Shown piece after piece: positions 1 to 7,575 of a stretch of DNA of 18,314 bases. Under the pieces are notes generated by a model. It had not been told where the DNA came from and made no database searches. It worked only from the letters and a program-made list of their open reading frames with translations. Each line of letters begins with the position of its first letter. The first letter of the stretch is position 1. Source of the stretch: Clostridia bacterium (GTDB taxonomy: Bacteria; Bacillota; Clostridia; Christensenellales; Aristaeellaceae); the NCBI GenBank assembly GCA_030526225.1, contig JAUNDF010000024.1, positions 1 through 18,314 of the forward strand. The letters run 5' to 3'. A program made the translations under genes and the position numbers.

Positions 1-34
1 CATGCGGATTCCCCCTTTCTGTCATTATACCACA
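1..34 (-). promoter_or_regulatory. Extended -10 promoter, SD and start codon of a minus-strand gene that exits the window at position 1
   Basis: The reverse complement of 1-34 reads TGTGGTATAATGACAGAAAGGGGGAATCCGCATG. It contains TGnTATAAT (24-32), a G-rich SD (11-15), a 7-nt spacer, and ATG at 3-1. Only the start codon lies inside the window, so the gene itself cannot be identified. Confidence 0.4.
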
Positions 35-221
35 TTGCCGTTTTTAGAGGTAGCCAGAGGGGAAGGTTTTTTATTTTGTCCAAAACGGCAATTTTTGCGA
101 CCGTACAGAAGGTTAATCCTCGACCTTCCTCTCTGGGGAAGGTGGCTGAGCGCAGCGAAGTCGGAAGAGGTCTTCAGGACATGAACCGCTCACTTCGCTT
201 TTCACAGTCCCTTTATCTGTA

Positions 222-1331
222 TCAGACAAATTCTGTTTCGATGGTCAGCTCCACATCGTTGGCGGGGTACTTGTCCTTCATATAGGCAAGGAATTCCTCC
301 CGCAGGGCATCCCAGTCCTCCAGCTGATAATCCACAATCAGGTCCACATAAATCAGGTTGGAATTGGGGCTGAGGTACAGCGCGTGGAAGCTCTTGACGT
401 GCTCGTGAGCGCGGACGAACCGGGCGATGTAGCCGCGCATGTCCTTGCCGTTGGGGCTGTCGCTGTCCACGGCGTAGATGCCGAAAACCATGGTCACGCC
501 ATGCTCATGCATGATGCGCAGCTGCAGCGCGTGCAGGAACTCATACGCCTCGCCCACGGTGAGGTTGTGGTCGATTTCCACATTCACAGAGCCGGAGTAG
601 CGGTCGGGGCCGTAATCATGCAGCATCATGTCCGCCACGGAAATGATGCCCTCGGTGGCGCGGATTTCCTTGTACAGCTGCCTGGCCAGCTCCTTTTTGC
701 CCGGGCGGCCAATCAGGTCGGAGGAGGTGTTCTTCAGCGTTTCAAAGGCCGTCTTCAGAATGACCACAGAGAACAGCAGACCGGCGTAAGCATCGATGGA
801 CACGCCGAACACAAGGAACACCACCGCAGAAATGATGGTGATGACGGACAGGATGGAGTCGTTGCGGCTGTCCTCGCCCACGGCAATCAGCACATCGGAC
901 TGAATCTTCTTGCCCACATTCTTGGTGTACATGCCCAGCAGCAGCTTGCCCACGGCGGAAATGGCCACAATCACGATGGTCAGCACGGTGACGGACATGG
1001 GTTCGGGGTGGATGATGCCGGTGATGGATTCCTTCAGCAGGCTGAGACCCGCGGCCAGAATCACCACGCCGATGACAAGGCCGGTCATGTACTCGATGCG
1101 GCCATAGCCGAAGGGATGGTTTTCATCCGGATGCTTGCCGGAAAGCTTGGCACCGATAAGGGTGATGACGGAGGACAGCGCATCACTGGCATTGTTGATA
1201 CCCTCGGACACAATGGCCAGGGAGGCAGCCGCCAGACCGATGACAATCTTGATGGCGGCAATCAGCACGTTGGCCAGAATGCCGATGACCGATGTTTTGA
1301 CAATGACTTTTTCTCTCTGCTTTGTTTCCAT
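222..1331 (-). CDS. Cation diffusion facilitator (CDF) family divalent-metal efflux transporter, 369 aa
   Basis: Full ORF with an ATG start at 1331 and GGAG 9 nt upstream. The N-terminal region has six hydrophobic helices (VIGILANVLIAAIKIVIGL..., HPFGYGRIEYMTGLVIG...) followed by a cytoplasmic C-terminal domain, which is the typical CDF layout. Stop codon is TGA. Confidence 0.9.
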   Translation of the reverse strand: METKQREKVIVKTSVIGILANVLIAAIKIVIGLAAASLAIVSEGINNASDALSSVITLIGAKLSGKHPDENHPFGYGRIEYMTGLVIGVVILAAGLSLLKESITGIIHPEPMSVTVLTIVIVAISAVGKLLLGMYTKNVGKKIQSDVLIAVGEDSRNDSILSVITIISAVVFLVFGVSIDAYAGLLFSVVILKTAFETLKNTSSDLIGRPGKKELARQLYKEIRATEGIISVADMMLHDYGPDRYSGSVNVEIDHNLTVGEAYEFLHALQLRIMHEHGVTMVFGIYAVDSDSPNGKDMRGYIARFVRAHEHVKSFHALYLSPNSNLIYVDLIVDYQLEDWDALREEFLAYMKDKYPANDVELTIETEFV

Positions 1332-1373
1332 AAATCATAACTCCTGCATAAAAGGATATGGGGGCATATGTAT

Positions 1374-1402
1374 AGTGTACATACCCCGGGCGAAAAATGC
1401 AA
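1374..1402 (-). promoter_or_regulatory. Candidate sigma-A promoter of the CDF gene (TTGCAT-17-TACACT)
   Basis: On the minus strand, TTGCAT lies at 1402-1397, followed by a 17-nt spacer and TACACT at 1379-1374. This is about 40 nt upstream of the ATG. Identified by motif only. Confidence 0.4.
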
Positions 1403-1411
1403 GCAGCAATC

Positions 1412-1439
1412 AAAAACCCCGCCGGCAAAGCCGACGGGG
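1412..1439 (-). terminator. Rho-independent terminator downstream of mglC
   Basis: On the minus-strand RNA, CCCCGUCGGC-UUU-GCCGGCGGGG forms a 10-bp GC stem with one G-U pair. It is followed by UUUUU (plus-strand A-run 1412-1416) and sits 29 nt after the mglC stop. Confidence 0.7.
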
Positions 1440-1467
1440 CAGTTTGCATCGAAAATCCGGATACGGA

Positions 1468-2484
1468 TTACTTGCGGGTCATGTACTTTCTCATGTCCAG
1501 GATGCAGGCGATGAGGATAACGAAGCCCTTGATGATGTAGGTGATGTTGCCGGAGATGCCCAGGAAGGTCATGCCGGTGATGATCAGCTGCATCATGAAT
1601 ACGCCCAGCAGTACGCCGGAGATCTTGCCGGTGCCGCCAACGAAGGAAACGCCGCCGATAACAACTGCAGCGATGGCGTCGTTTTCGTAGTTCAGGCCCA
1701 GGGTGGCGGTAGAGGTACCGATACGGCAGGCTTCCATGAAGCCGGTGTAGCCGTACAGGGCACCGGCCATCATGAACACGCCGATGATGGTCAGCAGCAC
1801 GTTAACGCCGGAAACGCGGGCAGCTTCTTCATTGGAGCCCACAGCGAACATGTTCTTGCCGAAGGTGGTCTTGTTCCATACGAACCACATGACCACGGTC
1901 AGAATCACAGCCAGCAGCACCAGCATGGGCACAGCAGTCATGATGGGGTCGCCATTGGCCTTGGTGCCGGTCTGGATGGCAAACAGGGTCTTGGTGGCGA
2001 ACTCGGTGGTGTAGCTCTTGGGCATGGCAACCTGAGCGGAGTTGGACATGGTCAGGTAGGTGCCGTACACAATCAGCTGGGTAGCCAGGGTAACGATGAA
2101 GGGATGCAGCTTGAACTTGCCCATGCAGAAGCCGTTGACAACGCCAACGACCATGCCGGCCAGCATAACCACCAGCAGGGCCACAATGGGAGAACCGCCC
2201 AGGTAGGTGGAAGCCAGCATGGCAGCCAGATAAGCGGTCAGGCCGGCCACACGGCCGCCGGACAGGTCAGTACCGGCCAGCACAATACAGCCTGCAACGC
2301 CCAGTGCGATGGGCATACGGGCAGCGGTGTTGGTCAGGATGTTTACCAGAGATGCTACGCCGAAGAAGGTGGGGCGCAGAATCTGCACCACGATGGCGAG
2401 CAGAACGATGATCAGAATCATTGCATGGTCGAGAACCCAGTTCACAACCTGCTTGGCATTGGGTGCCTTTTTCACAGCAGTCAT
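1468..2484 (-). CDS. mglC: Galactose/methyl-galactoside-type sugar ABC transporter permease, 338 aa
   Basis: The sequence can be aligned by eye to E. coli MglC (…NILTNTAARMPIALGVAGCIVLAGTDLSGGR… versus NILTQSSVRIIIALGVAGLIVTQGTDLSAGR). It is multi-helix hydrophobic and is the last gene of the mglBAC order. Confidence 0.9.
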   Translation of the reverse strand: MTAVKKAPNAKQVVNWVLDHAMILIIVLLAIVVQILRPTFFGVASLVNILTNTAARMPIALGVAGCIVLAGTDLSGGRVAGLTAYLAAMLASTYLGGSPIVALLVVMLAGMVVGVVNGFCMGKFKLHPFIVTLATQLIVYGTYLTMSNSAQVAMPKSYTTEFATKTLFAIQTGTKANGDPIMTAVPMLVLLAVILTVVMWFVWNKTTFGKNMFAVGSNEEAARVSGVNVLLTIIGVFMMAGALYGYTGFMEACRIGTSTATLGLNYENDAIAAVVIGGVSFVGGTGKISGVLLGVFMMQLIITGMTFLGISGNITYIIKGFVILIACILDMRKYMTRK

Positions 2485-2532
2485 TTGTTTACTCCCTTTC
2501 TGTTTTCACTTATTCAAATCGCAGGACATCGA

Positions 2533-4041
2533 TTAAGCGAACTTGGCGGCCAGAGCCATAATCTCTTCCTGGGTGGTGTTGTCGGCATCCACTTCGCCGG
2601 CCAAACGGCCGCCGGACATTACCAGGATGCGGTTGCACACGCCCAGCAGCTCGGGCATTTCGGAGGATACCATGATCACGGAGCGGCCTTCCTTGGCCAT
2701 TTCCTGAATCAGGGTGTAAATCTCGTACTTTGCACCAACGTCAATGCCGCGGGTGGGTTCATCCAGCAGCAGCACCTTGGGCTTGGTCAGCAGCCAGCGG
2801 CCCAGAATAACCTTCTGCTGGTTGCCGCCGGACAGAGAGGCAATCTTTGTCTTCTGGCTGGGAGTCTTGGTATGCATGGCCTGAATCATGCTGTCGGTGG
2901 CAGAGGACATCTTTTTATCGCTGAGGAACAGGCCGGACAGGTAATCCTTCAGGCTGGAGATACAGGTATTCTCACGCACGGACAGGATGCCCATGATACC
3001 GGTGGCGCGGCGTTCCTCGGTCACCAGTGCGAAGCCGTTCTTGATGGATTCGCGGGGAGACCAGTTGCCCACCACATTTTCCTCCAGCTTGATGGTGCCG
3101 CTGCGGCGGGTGGCATTGCCGAAGATGTTCTCCAGCAGCTCCGTACGGCCGGAACCGTCCAGACCGGCCACGCCCAGAATCTCGCCCTTCTTCAGCTTGA
3201 AGGAAACATCCTTCAGATGGCTGTATTCGGCGGTGAGTCCCTCGACCTCCATCATGTTTTCGGTGCCCACGGGGTTATCCTTGGGCGGATACACGTTGGT
3301 CAGCTCGCGGCCTACCATCAGCTTGATGATGTCGTTCATGCTCAGCTCGGCGGTGGGGCGGGTGGTGATGTACTGGCCGTCACGCATGATGGTGATATCA
3401 TCGGAAATCCGCTTGATTTCGGCCATCTTGTGGCTGATGTACACAATGCCGCAGCCGCGCTTGCGCAGCATGTCGATAATCTTGAACAGATGCTCAACCT
3501 CCTGCTCATTCAAGGAGGAGGTGGGCTCGTCAAATACGATGATCTTGGACTTGAAGGAAACAGCCTTGGCGATTTCCACCATCTGGCGCTGGGAAACGGG
3601 CATCTTGCTCATCACCGTGCGGGGGTTGACATTGTCAATGCCCAGATCCTTGAACACCGCCATGGTGTCATCGTACATCTGCTTGTCGGATACGAAGGGG
3701 AGACCCTTTACCACCTTGGGGTAGCGGCCCAGCCACATATTATCCATAACGGTGCGCTTCAGGGCCTGATTCAGCTCCTGATGCACCATGGCCACGCCGT
3801 GATCCAGGGCGTCGCGGGAGGATTTGTAATTAACTTCTTTGCCTTCAAGATAGATGTGTCCGGCGTCCTTTTGGTAAATACCGAACAGGCACTTCATCAG
3901 CGTGGACTTGCCTGCGCCGTTTTCACCCATCAGGGCATGCACAGTACCTGCGCGCACAGACAGCTGAACGTTGTCGAGCGCTTTTACGCCGGGGAAGCTT
4001 TTGCAGATGCCTTCCATCCGAAGGAGCACATTTTCTGCCAT
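2533..4041 (-). CDS. mglA: Galactose/methyl-galactoside-type sugar ABC transporter ATP-binding protein with duplicated ATPase, 502 aa
   Basis: I place the start at ATG 4041 (MAENVLLRMEGICKSFPGVKALDNV…) with GGAAGGAG upstream. The protein has two Walker A / LSGGQ cassettes (GENGAGKST; LSGGNQQK) and long near-identical stretches to E. coli MglA (MVHQELN, VMDNMWLGRYP, GCGIVYISHKM, GFALVTEERR). The ORF-track extension to 4353 overlaps mglB and is not protein-like. Confidence 0.92.
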   Translation of the reverse strand: MAENVLLRMEGICKSFPGVKALDNVQLSVRAGTVHALMGENGAGKSTLMKCLFGIYQKDAGHIYLEGKEVNYKSSRDALDHGVAMVHQELNQALKRTVMDNMWLGRYPKVVKGLPFVSDKQMYDDTMAVFKDLGIDNVNPRTVMSKMPVSQRQMVEIAKAVSFKSKIIVFDEPTSSLNEQEVEHLFKIIDMLRKRGCGIVYISHKMAEIKRISDDITIMRDGQYITTRPTAELSMNDIIKLMVGRELTNVYPPKDNPVGTENMMEVEGLTAEYSHLKDVSFKLKKGEILGVAGLDGSGRTELLENIFGNATRRSGTIKLEENVVGNWSPRESIKNGFALVTEERRATGIMGILSVRENTCISSLKDYLSGLFLSDKKMSSATDSMIQAMHTKTPSQKTKIASLSGGNQQKVILGRWLLTKPKVLLLDEPTRGIDVGAKYEIYTLIQEMAKEGRSVIMVSSEMPELLGVCNRILVMSGGRLAGEVDADNTTQEEIMALAAKFA

Positions 4042-4257
4042 CTTCTGAAAACTCCTTCCACCTCTAATTATTATATCGCCGCTGCCGGGCGCATGGCTCC
4101 GGGCGCGGTAATATGCTTTTGATAAGACCGGATAAAAAGATGCCCAAACCATCAGACATCTTTCCCGAAATCGGCCCGGGGACAGCGGGCTTTGGCTGAC
4201 CTCGGGAAAAATGTCTGCGGTTTTCAACTGGGAAAAACTAGAAATTGCCGAAAGATT

Positions 4258-4293
4258 GGAAAAGTGGGAGCCCCACAGTGCTGTGAGGCTCCC
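4258..4293 (-). terminator. Intra-operon hairpin (attenuator/terminator or mRNA stabiliser) just after mglB
   Basis: GGGAGCC(C)CACAG / CUGUG(A)GGCUCCC forms a stem of about 12 bp with one mismatch (4266-4293). On the minus-strand RNA it is followed by ACUUUUCC. It lies 25 nt after the mglB stop. Confidence 0.55.
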
Positions 4294-4318
4294 GTTTGGA
4301 GAATGATCCCAACAGGAA

Positions 4319-5401
4319 TTATTCGCCGGTGTATACGGAATAGGGGATAGCAACGAACCAGCCGTCGGTTACGGAGTAGGCTTCGTTCATGCCGTCGAAC
4401 TTGTCCTTGCCTTCCATCAGGTTAGCGGTGATGGTAGCCACAGCGTCAGCCATGCCGACAGCATCCTGCTTGATGGAACCGGTCATCTTGCCGGCAGCGA
4501 TTTCAGCCTTGGCAGCATCGGTAGCGTCAACGCCGAATACGGGGATGGTGTGAGCGCCTTCTACATTGTAGCCGGCAACTTCCAGAGCGCGGATAGCGCC
4601 GATGGCCATGTCGTCGTTGTTGGCGATAACCAGCTCAACCATGTTGCCGTTGGACTCGTTGTACTGGGCCAGGATGGTGGTCATGTACTCGTTGGAAGCG
4701 GTCTGGGACCAGGTGCCGTTCATGTCGCACAGGTAGGGGCCTTCTTCGCCGTTGGTGGGAGCGGAGGCATCATAGTACTGCAGAGCGGGCTTGCCGGCCT
4801 TTTCCAGCTCGATGTTGGCATACTGTACGCCGTACATGGTGCGGTAGATAGCTTCCTGGTTAGCCATGTCGCCCTTGAACATAACGTAGGTGATCACACC
4901 GTCGCCGTTCAGGTCGATTTCGTCGTAGTGGTCAATCACATACTGGCCAACCATGGTGCCCTGCATCTTGCCGGCTTCGTCGAAGTTGGTGCCGACGAAA
5001 ACGGTCTTGTCATAGGTGGTCAGCAGAGCGCCGGCAGCGTCCTGATCGCCCACAGCGCGGTTGAAGAACACCACGGGCAGGTCGTTGTCGATACCAACCT
5101 GCAGCAGGTTGGCAGCGGTCTGGGTAGCGTTGGAGTCAACCAGGTTGATGACCAGAGCGTTGGTGCCGGTGGTCACAGCGGTGTTGACGTCGTCAGTCTG
5201 GGTCTGCTGTACGCCGTTGGAGTCCTTGTCGGTTACAGCGATGCCCTTGGCTGCGAAAGCAGCGTCCAGTGCTTCACGCACGGAGGACAGATAAACGTCA
5301 CCGAAGGTGTACCAGGAGACGAGAGCATTGCCCTCGGCAACGGCAGACACACAGGACAGTGCCATTGCGACGACCAGGGCCAGCGCGAGGAACTTTTTCA
5401 T
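4319..5401 (-). CDS. mglB: Sugar ABC transporter periplasmic-type substrate-binding protein (galactose/glucose-binding MglB-like), 360 aa, signal peptide and probable lipoprotein
   Basis: The N-terminus MKKFLALALVVAMALSC is signal-peptide or lipobox-like. Conserved MglB blocks are present (ALVINLVD, PVVFFNR, VFVGT, VIANNDDMAIGA, IPVFGVDA). GAGAGGGG SD lies upstream of ATG 5401. It is the first gene of the mglBAC order. Confidence 0.85.
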   Translation of the reverse strand: MKKFLALALVVAMALSCVSAVAEGNALVSWYTFGDVYLSSVREALDAAFAAKGIAVTDKDSNGVQQTQTDDVNTAVTTGTNALVINLVDSNATQTAANLLQVGIDNDLPVVFFNRAVGDQDAAGALLTTYDKTVFVGTNFDEAGKMQGTMVGQYVIDHYDEIDLNGDGVITYVMFKGDMANQEAIYRTMYGVQYANIELEKAGKPALQYYDASAPTNGEEGPYLCDMNGTWSQTASNEYMTTILAQYNESNGNMVELVIANNDDMAIGAIRALEVAGYNVEGAHTIPVFGVDATDAAKAEIAAGKMTGSIKQDAVGMADAVATITANLMEGKDKFDGMNEAYSVTDGWFVAIPYSVYTGE

Positions 5402-5492
5402 GAGAATTACCCCTCTCTTTAGAAAAAATATTCAGACAGTCCGGCCGATATTTGAACACATTGCACATATATTGCCGGATTTCTTTAATCAA

Positions 5493-5521
5493 AATATACC
5501 ATGCAACAAAAAGGATGTCAA
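5493..5521 (-). promoter_or_regulatory. Strong sigma-A-type promoter for the mglBAC operon (TTGACA-17-TGgTATATT)
   Basis: On the minus strand, TTGACA lies at 5521-5516, followed by a 17-nt spacer and TATATT at 5498-5493, which is preceded by TGG (extended -10). It sits in an AT-rich intergenic region about 90 nt upstream of the mglB ATG. Confidence 0.6.
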
Positions 5522-5643
5522 CCACAAACTGCCCGCAAAACCGTCCCAAATATGCCAAAAAATCCCCAAAACCCTTGTACTGTCGGGCTTTGCGGATGGA
5601 GAATATTTTTCTGTTATGTACCATATCATGCAGACATAACAGA

Positions 5644-5672
5644 TTGTACAATATGCAATTTTGTTGTATACT
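5644..5672 (+). promoter_or_regulatory. Divergent sigma-A-type promoter (TTGTAC-17-TATACT) for the small membrane-protein gene
   Basis: TTGTAC at 5644-5649, an exact 17-nt spacer, and TATACT at 5667-5672. It lies about 65 nt upstream of ATG 5739. Confidence 0.55.
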
Positions 5673-5738
5673 GGTAGGGCAGCAGCGGCATCGCCCCCAA
5701 TCCGGGCGGCATGCCCGACAATGCGGAGGTTATAGCTT

Positions 5739-5963
5739 ATGTTTGATATGTTCAAGGACAAAAACCCGGTGGTGCTGGGGGTGTATTTCGGCGCCATGCT
5801 GGGCGCGGTGCTGATGATGATCGGCGGCGCCGTCAACAACGACTTCCTCGCCCAGTCAGGGCTGATTGTGGGCATCGTGGCCGGGCCGTCCATCGGCTGG
5901 ATTATCAGCCTGATGAGAAACCGCAAAAACAGGAAGGACGATACCCCCGACAAGCCCCTTTGA
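5739..5963 (+). CDS. Small hypothetical membrane protein, 74 aa (two predicted TM helices and a basic C-terminal tail)
   Basis: GGAGG lies 9 nt upstream of the ATG. There are two hydrophobic Gly-rich segments (VVLGVYFGAMLGAVLMMIGGAV; GLIVGIVAGPSIGWIISL) followed by RNRKNRKDD. Codon usage matches its neighbours. I do not recognise a family. Confidence 0.6.
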   Translation: MFDMFKDKNPVVLGVYFGAMLGAVLMMIGGAVNNDFLAQSGLIVGIVAGPSIGWIISLMRNRKNRKDDTPDKPL

Positions 5964-6166
5964 CGGGATGACAGAATTTTTCATGTTTTTGTCATTTTTT
6001 CTTCATATTTTGCAGGAAAACGCGCGTTCCGTGTGGTATAGTATATAAATAAGGATTGTTCCCCTTCCCTTTTGTGGCTGATGCGGGAGCATTCACCGGT
6101 TTTCCTGCGTTATGTATGGATGGAAATGCAATAAATCAATCTTGCCGAAAGCAGGTGTATCGACAA

Positions 6167-7303
6167 ATGAGCAAAACAAAAAAGAAAAACCGCCTGACGG
6201 TGTGGATTATCCTGACGGTGGTCTTCGCGCTGGTGGCCGTCGGCTGCTCCGCGGGCATCAACATGGTCAAGAACTACCGCCAGCAGCGCCTTGAAACGCT
6301 GCAGCAGGAGGCGGAGGATACCAACCGCGCCCGGGAGGAGCAGTACATCAGCGATCTGGCTGAGTTTGAGCAGCAGTCCACCGGCGGCGCCAATCTGGCC
6401 TGGCCCACCCAGAAGAGCGAGGGCTGGGACATCATCGACCTGACCAACTATCCGCTGGAGGACCCCCGCACCGTTTCCATGACCCGCAGCCAGCTGATGG
6501 CCACGGGCATGCTGCTGGTCAACCAGTGGCACTCCCGCCCGGATGACTTTGTCAATGTGGAAGGCGAGATTGTCAGCGTTGGCAAGTATTCCGAGGGAAC
6601 TATCCCCGTGCGCAACTACGATGTCAAGCTGTTCCCCGCTGCCATCGATGCGCTGCACAATGCCATCAGCGCCGCTGAAACGGAAGGCCACAAGCACTAC
6701 ATGGTCTCCGAGGGCTACCGCACCTGGGAGGAGCAGAACACCATGTTCCAGAAAAAGGTGGATGCCCTCTCCGGCAAGTACTCCGGCGATGAGCTGATTG
6801 AGCAGGCCAAGCGCCAGGTCAACTACCCCGGCACCAGCGAGTTCAACTCCGGCCTGTCCTTCACCCTGCGCCTGTACAGCCGCGAGGATGCCTCCGTGGG
6901 CAAGCCTGCCTACTCCACCACCGAGGCCGGCCAGTGGATGAACGAAAACTGCTGGAAGTACGGTCTGGTGTTCCGCTTCCCTCTGGCTGATTTCCCCAGC
7001 AAGGGCACCGCAGACAAGAGCTACAAGACCGGCGTCGGCACCCAGCTGAACCTGTACCGCTATGTGGGCGAAGGCAACGCCGCCGTGATGCACGTGAAGG
7101 ACTTCTGCCTTGAAGAATATGTGGACTATCTGGCCGAGCATCCCCACATCGCCGTATTTGAGGATGGCCGCCTGCGCTACGAAATCATCCGTCAGTATGT
7201 GGGCGACAGCGACACCGTATCCGTGCAGTACCCCGGCAAGGCCCGCAGCTTCGATTCCTCTCTGGACAACATGGGCTATGTGATTACGGTTTGCAAGTAT
7301 TAA
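6167..7303 (+). CDS. VanY / peptidase M15B-like (D-Ala-D-Ala carboxypeptidase fold) protein with substituted active site, N-terminal signal anchor or possible lipobox, 378 aa
   Basis: I place the start at ATG 6167 (MSKTKKKNRLTVWIILTVVFALVAVGCS…). Family blocks are present: SEGYRTWEEQ, PGTSEFNSGLSFT, WMNENCWKYGLVFRFP and YRYVG. The canonical SxHxxGxAxD and ExxH motifs read SEFNSGLSFT and QLNL (see finding). The TTG at 6056 and ATG at 6116 are upstream alternatives without an SD. Confidence 0.8.
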   Translation: MSKTKKKNRLTVWIILTVVFALVAVGCSAGINMVKNYRQQRLETLQQEAEDTNRAREEQYISDLAEFEQQSTGGANLAWPTQKSEGWDIIDLTNYPLEDPRTVSMTRSQLMATGMLLVNQWHSRPDDFVNVEGEIVSVGKYSEGTIPVRNYDVKLFPAAIDALHNAISAAETEGHKHYMVSEGYRTWEEQNTMFQKKVDALSGKYSGDELIEQAKRQVNYPGTSEFNSGLSFTLRLYSREDASVGKPAYSTTEAGQWMNENCWKYGLVFRFPLADFPSKGTADKSYKTGVGTQLNLYRYVGEGNAAVMHVKDFCLEEYVDYLAEHPHIAVFEDGRLRYEIIRQYVGDSDTVSVQYPGKARSFDSSLDNMGYVITVCKY

Positions 7304-7340
7304 GCCCTGATGACGGTCAAATGACAACAAAATGACAAAC

Positions 7341-7385
7341 ATAACGCCCCGGTGACGAACGTGTCATCAGGGCGTTATTTGTTTG
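7341..7385 (+). terminator. Rho-independent terminator after the VanY-like gene
   Basis: ATAACGCCC (7341-7349) pairs with GGGCGTTAT (7370-7378) and is followed by TTGTTTG. Confidence 0.65.
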
Positions 7386-7575
7386 CAATAATACAAAAAT
7401 GTTCCACAAATCAGACAGCTAATATTCGTTCACATTTAACAGAAATTGCCAAATATCGCCCCGTTCCCTCCGCCGCCATTGCTATATGTGGTGTAATATG
7501 CATATAATATGTACATTATTTGGTTTTTGCTGAAAGCAACAGCCTGATGAATCGCGATGTGCGGAGGGTTTTTCG

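Noticed and set aside
95-221. Cluster of hairpins and a tRNA-like string (GGTGGCTGAGCG, similar to the 5' part of class II tRNAs) downstream of the CDF gene. An 11-bp inverted repeat ATTGCCGTTTT/AAAACGGCAAT is also present at 34-92.
   Set aside because: I could not fold a cloverleaf: there is no matching acceptor 3' strand and no GTTCGAATC-type T-loop. The AGCGAAGT/ACTTCGCT stem encloses only 30 nt. This is probably terminator or spacer structure between the CDF gene and the next minus-strand promoter. It is not supportable as an RNA gene.
1135-4122. Very long antisense ORFs: 995 aa at 1135-4122 (+). Similar cases are 384-1340 (+), 6110-7342 (-), 10192-11571 (-), 11535-13088 (-) and 14162-16129 (+).
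   Set aside because: They are codon-aligned shadows of the real genes on the opposite strand. The real genes avoid TTA, CTA and TCA codons because of high GC3, so the antisense frame stays open even across gene boundaries that share a frame. The translations are low-complexity (rich in G, A, H, Q and D), have no SD or start context, and do not resemble any family.
4042-4353. Upstream extension of the mglA ORF (606-aa version starting at 4353).
   Set aside because: The extension overlaps the 3' end of mglB and runs through hairpin-rich spacer. Its sequence is not protein-like. A strong SD plus ATG at 4041 gives a 502-aa product matching MglA length.
6056-6166. Alternative upstream starts suggested by the ORF track: TTG 6056 for the VanY-like gene, GTG 10261 for rph-rdgB, TTG 12120 for DUF368, ATG 14183 for EamA and ATG 14713 for the phasin-like gene.
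   Set aside because: In each case an internal ATG preceded by a good SD at 6-10 nt gives an N-terminus typical of the family. The extensions lack SDs and add non-conserved-looking residues.
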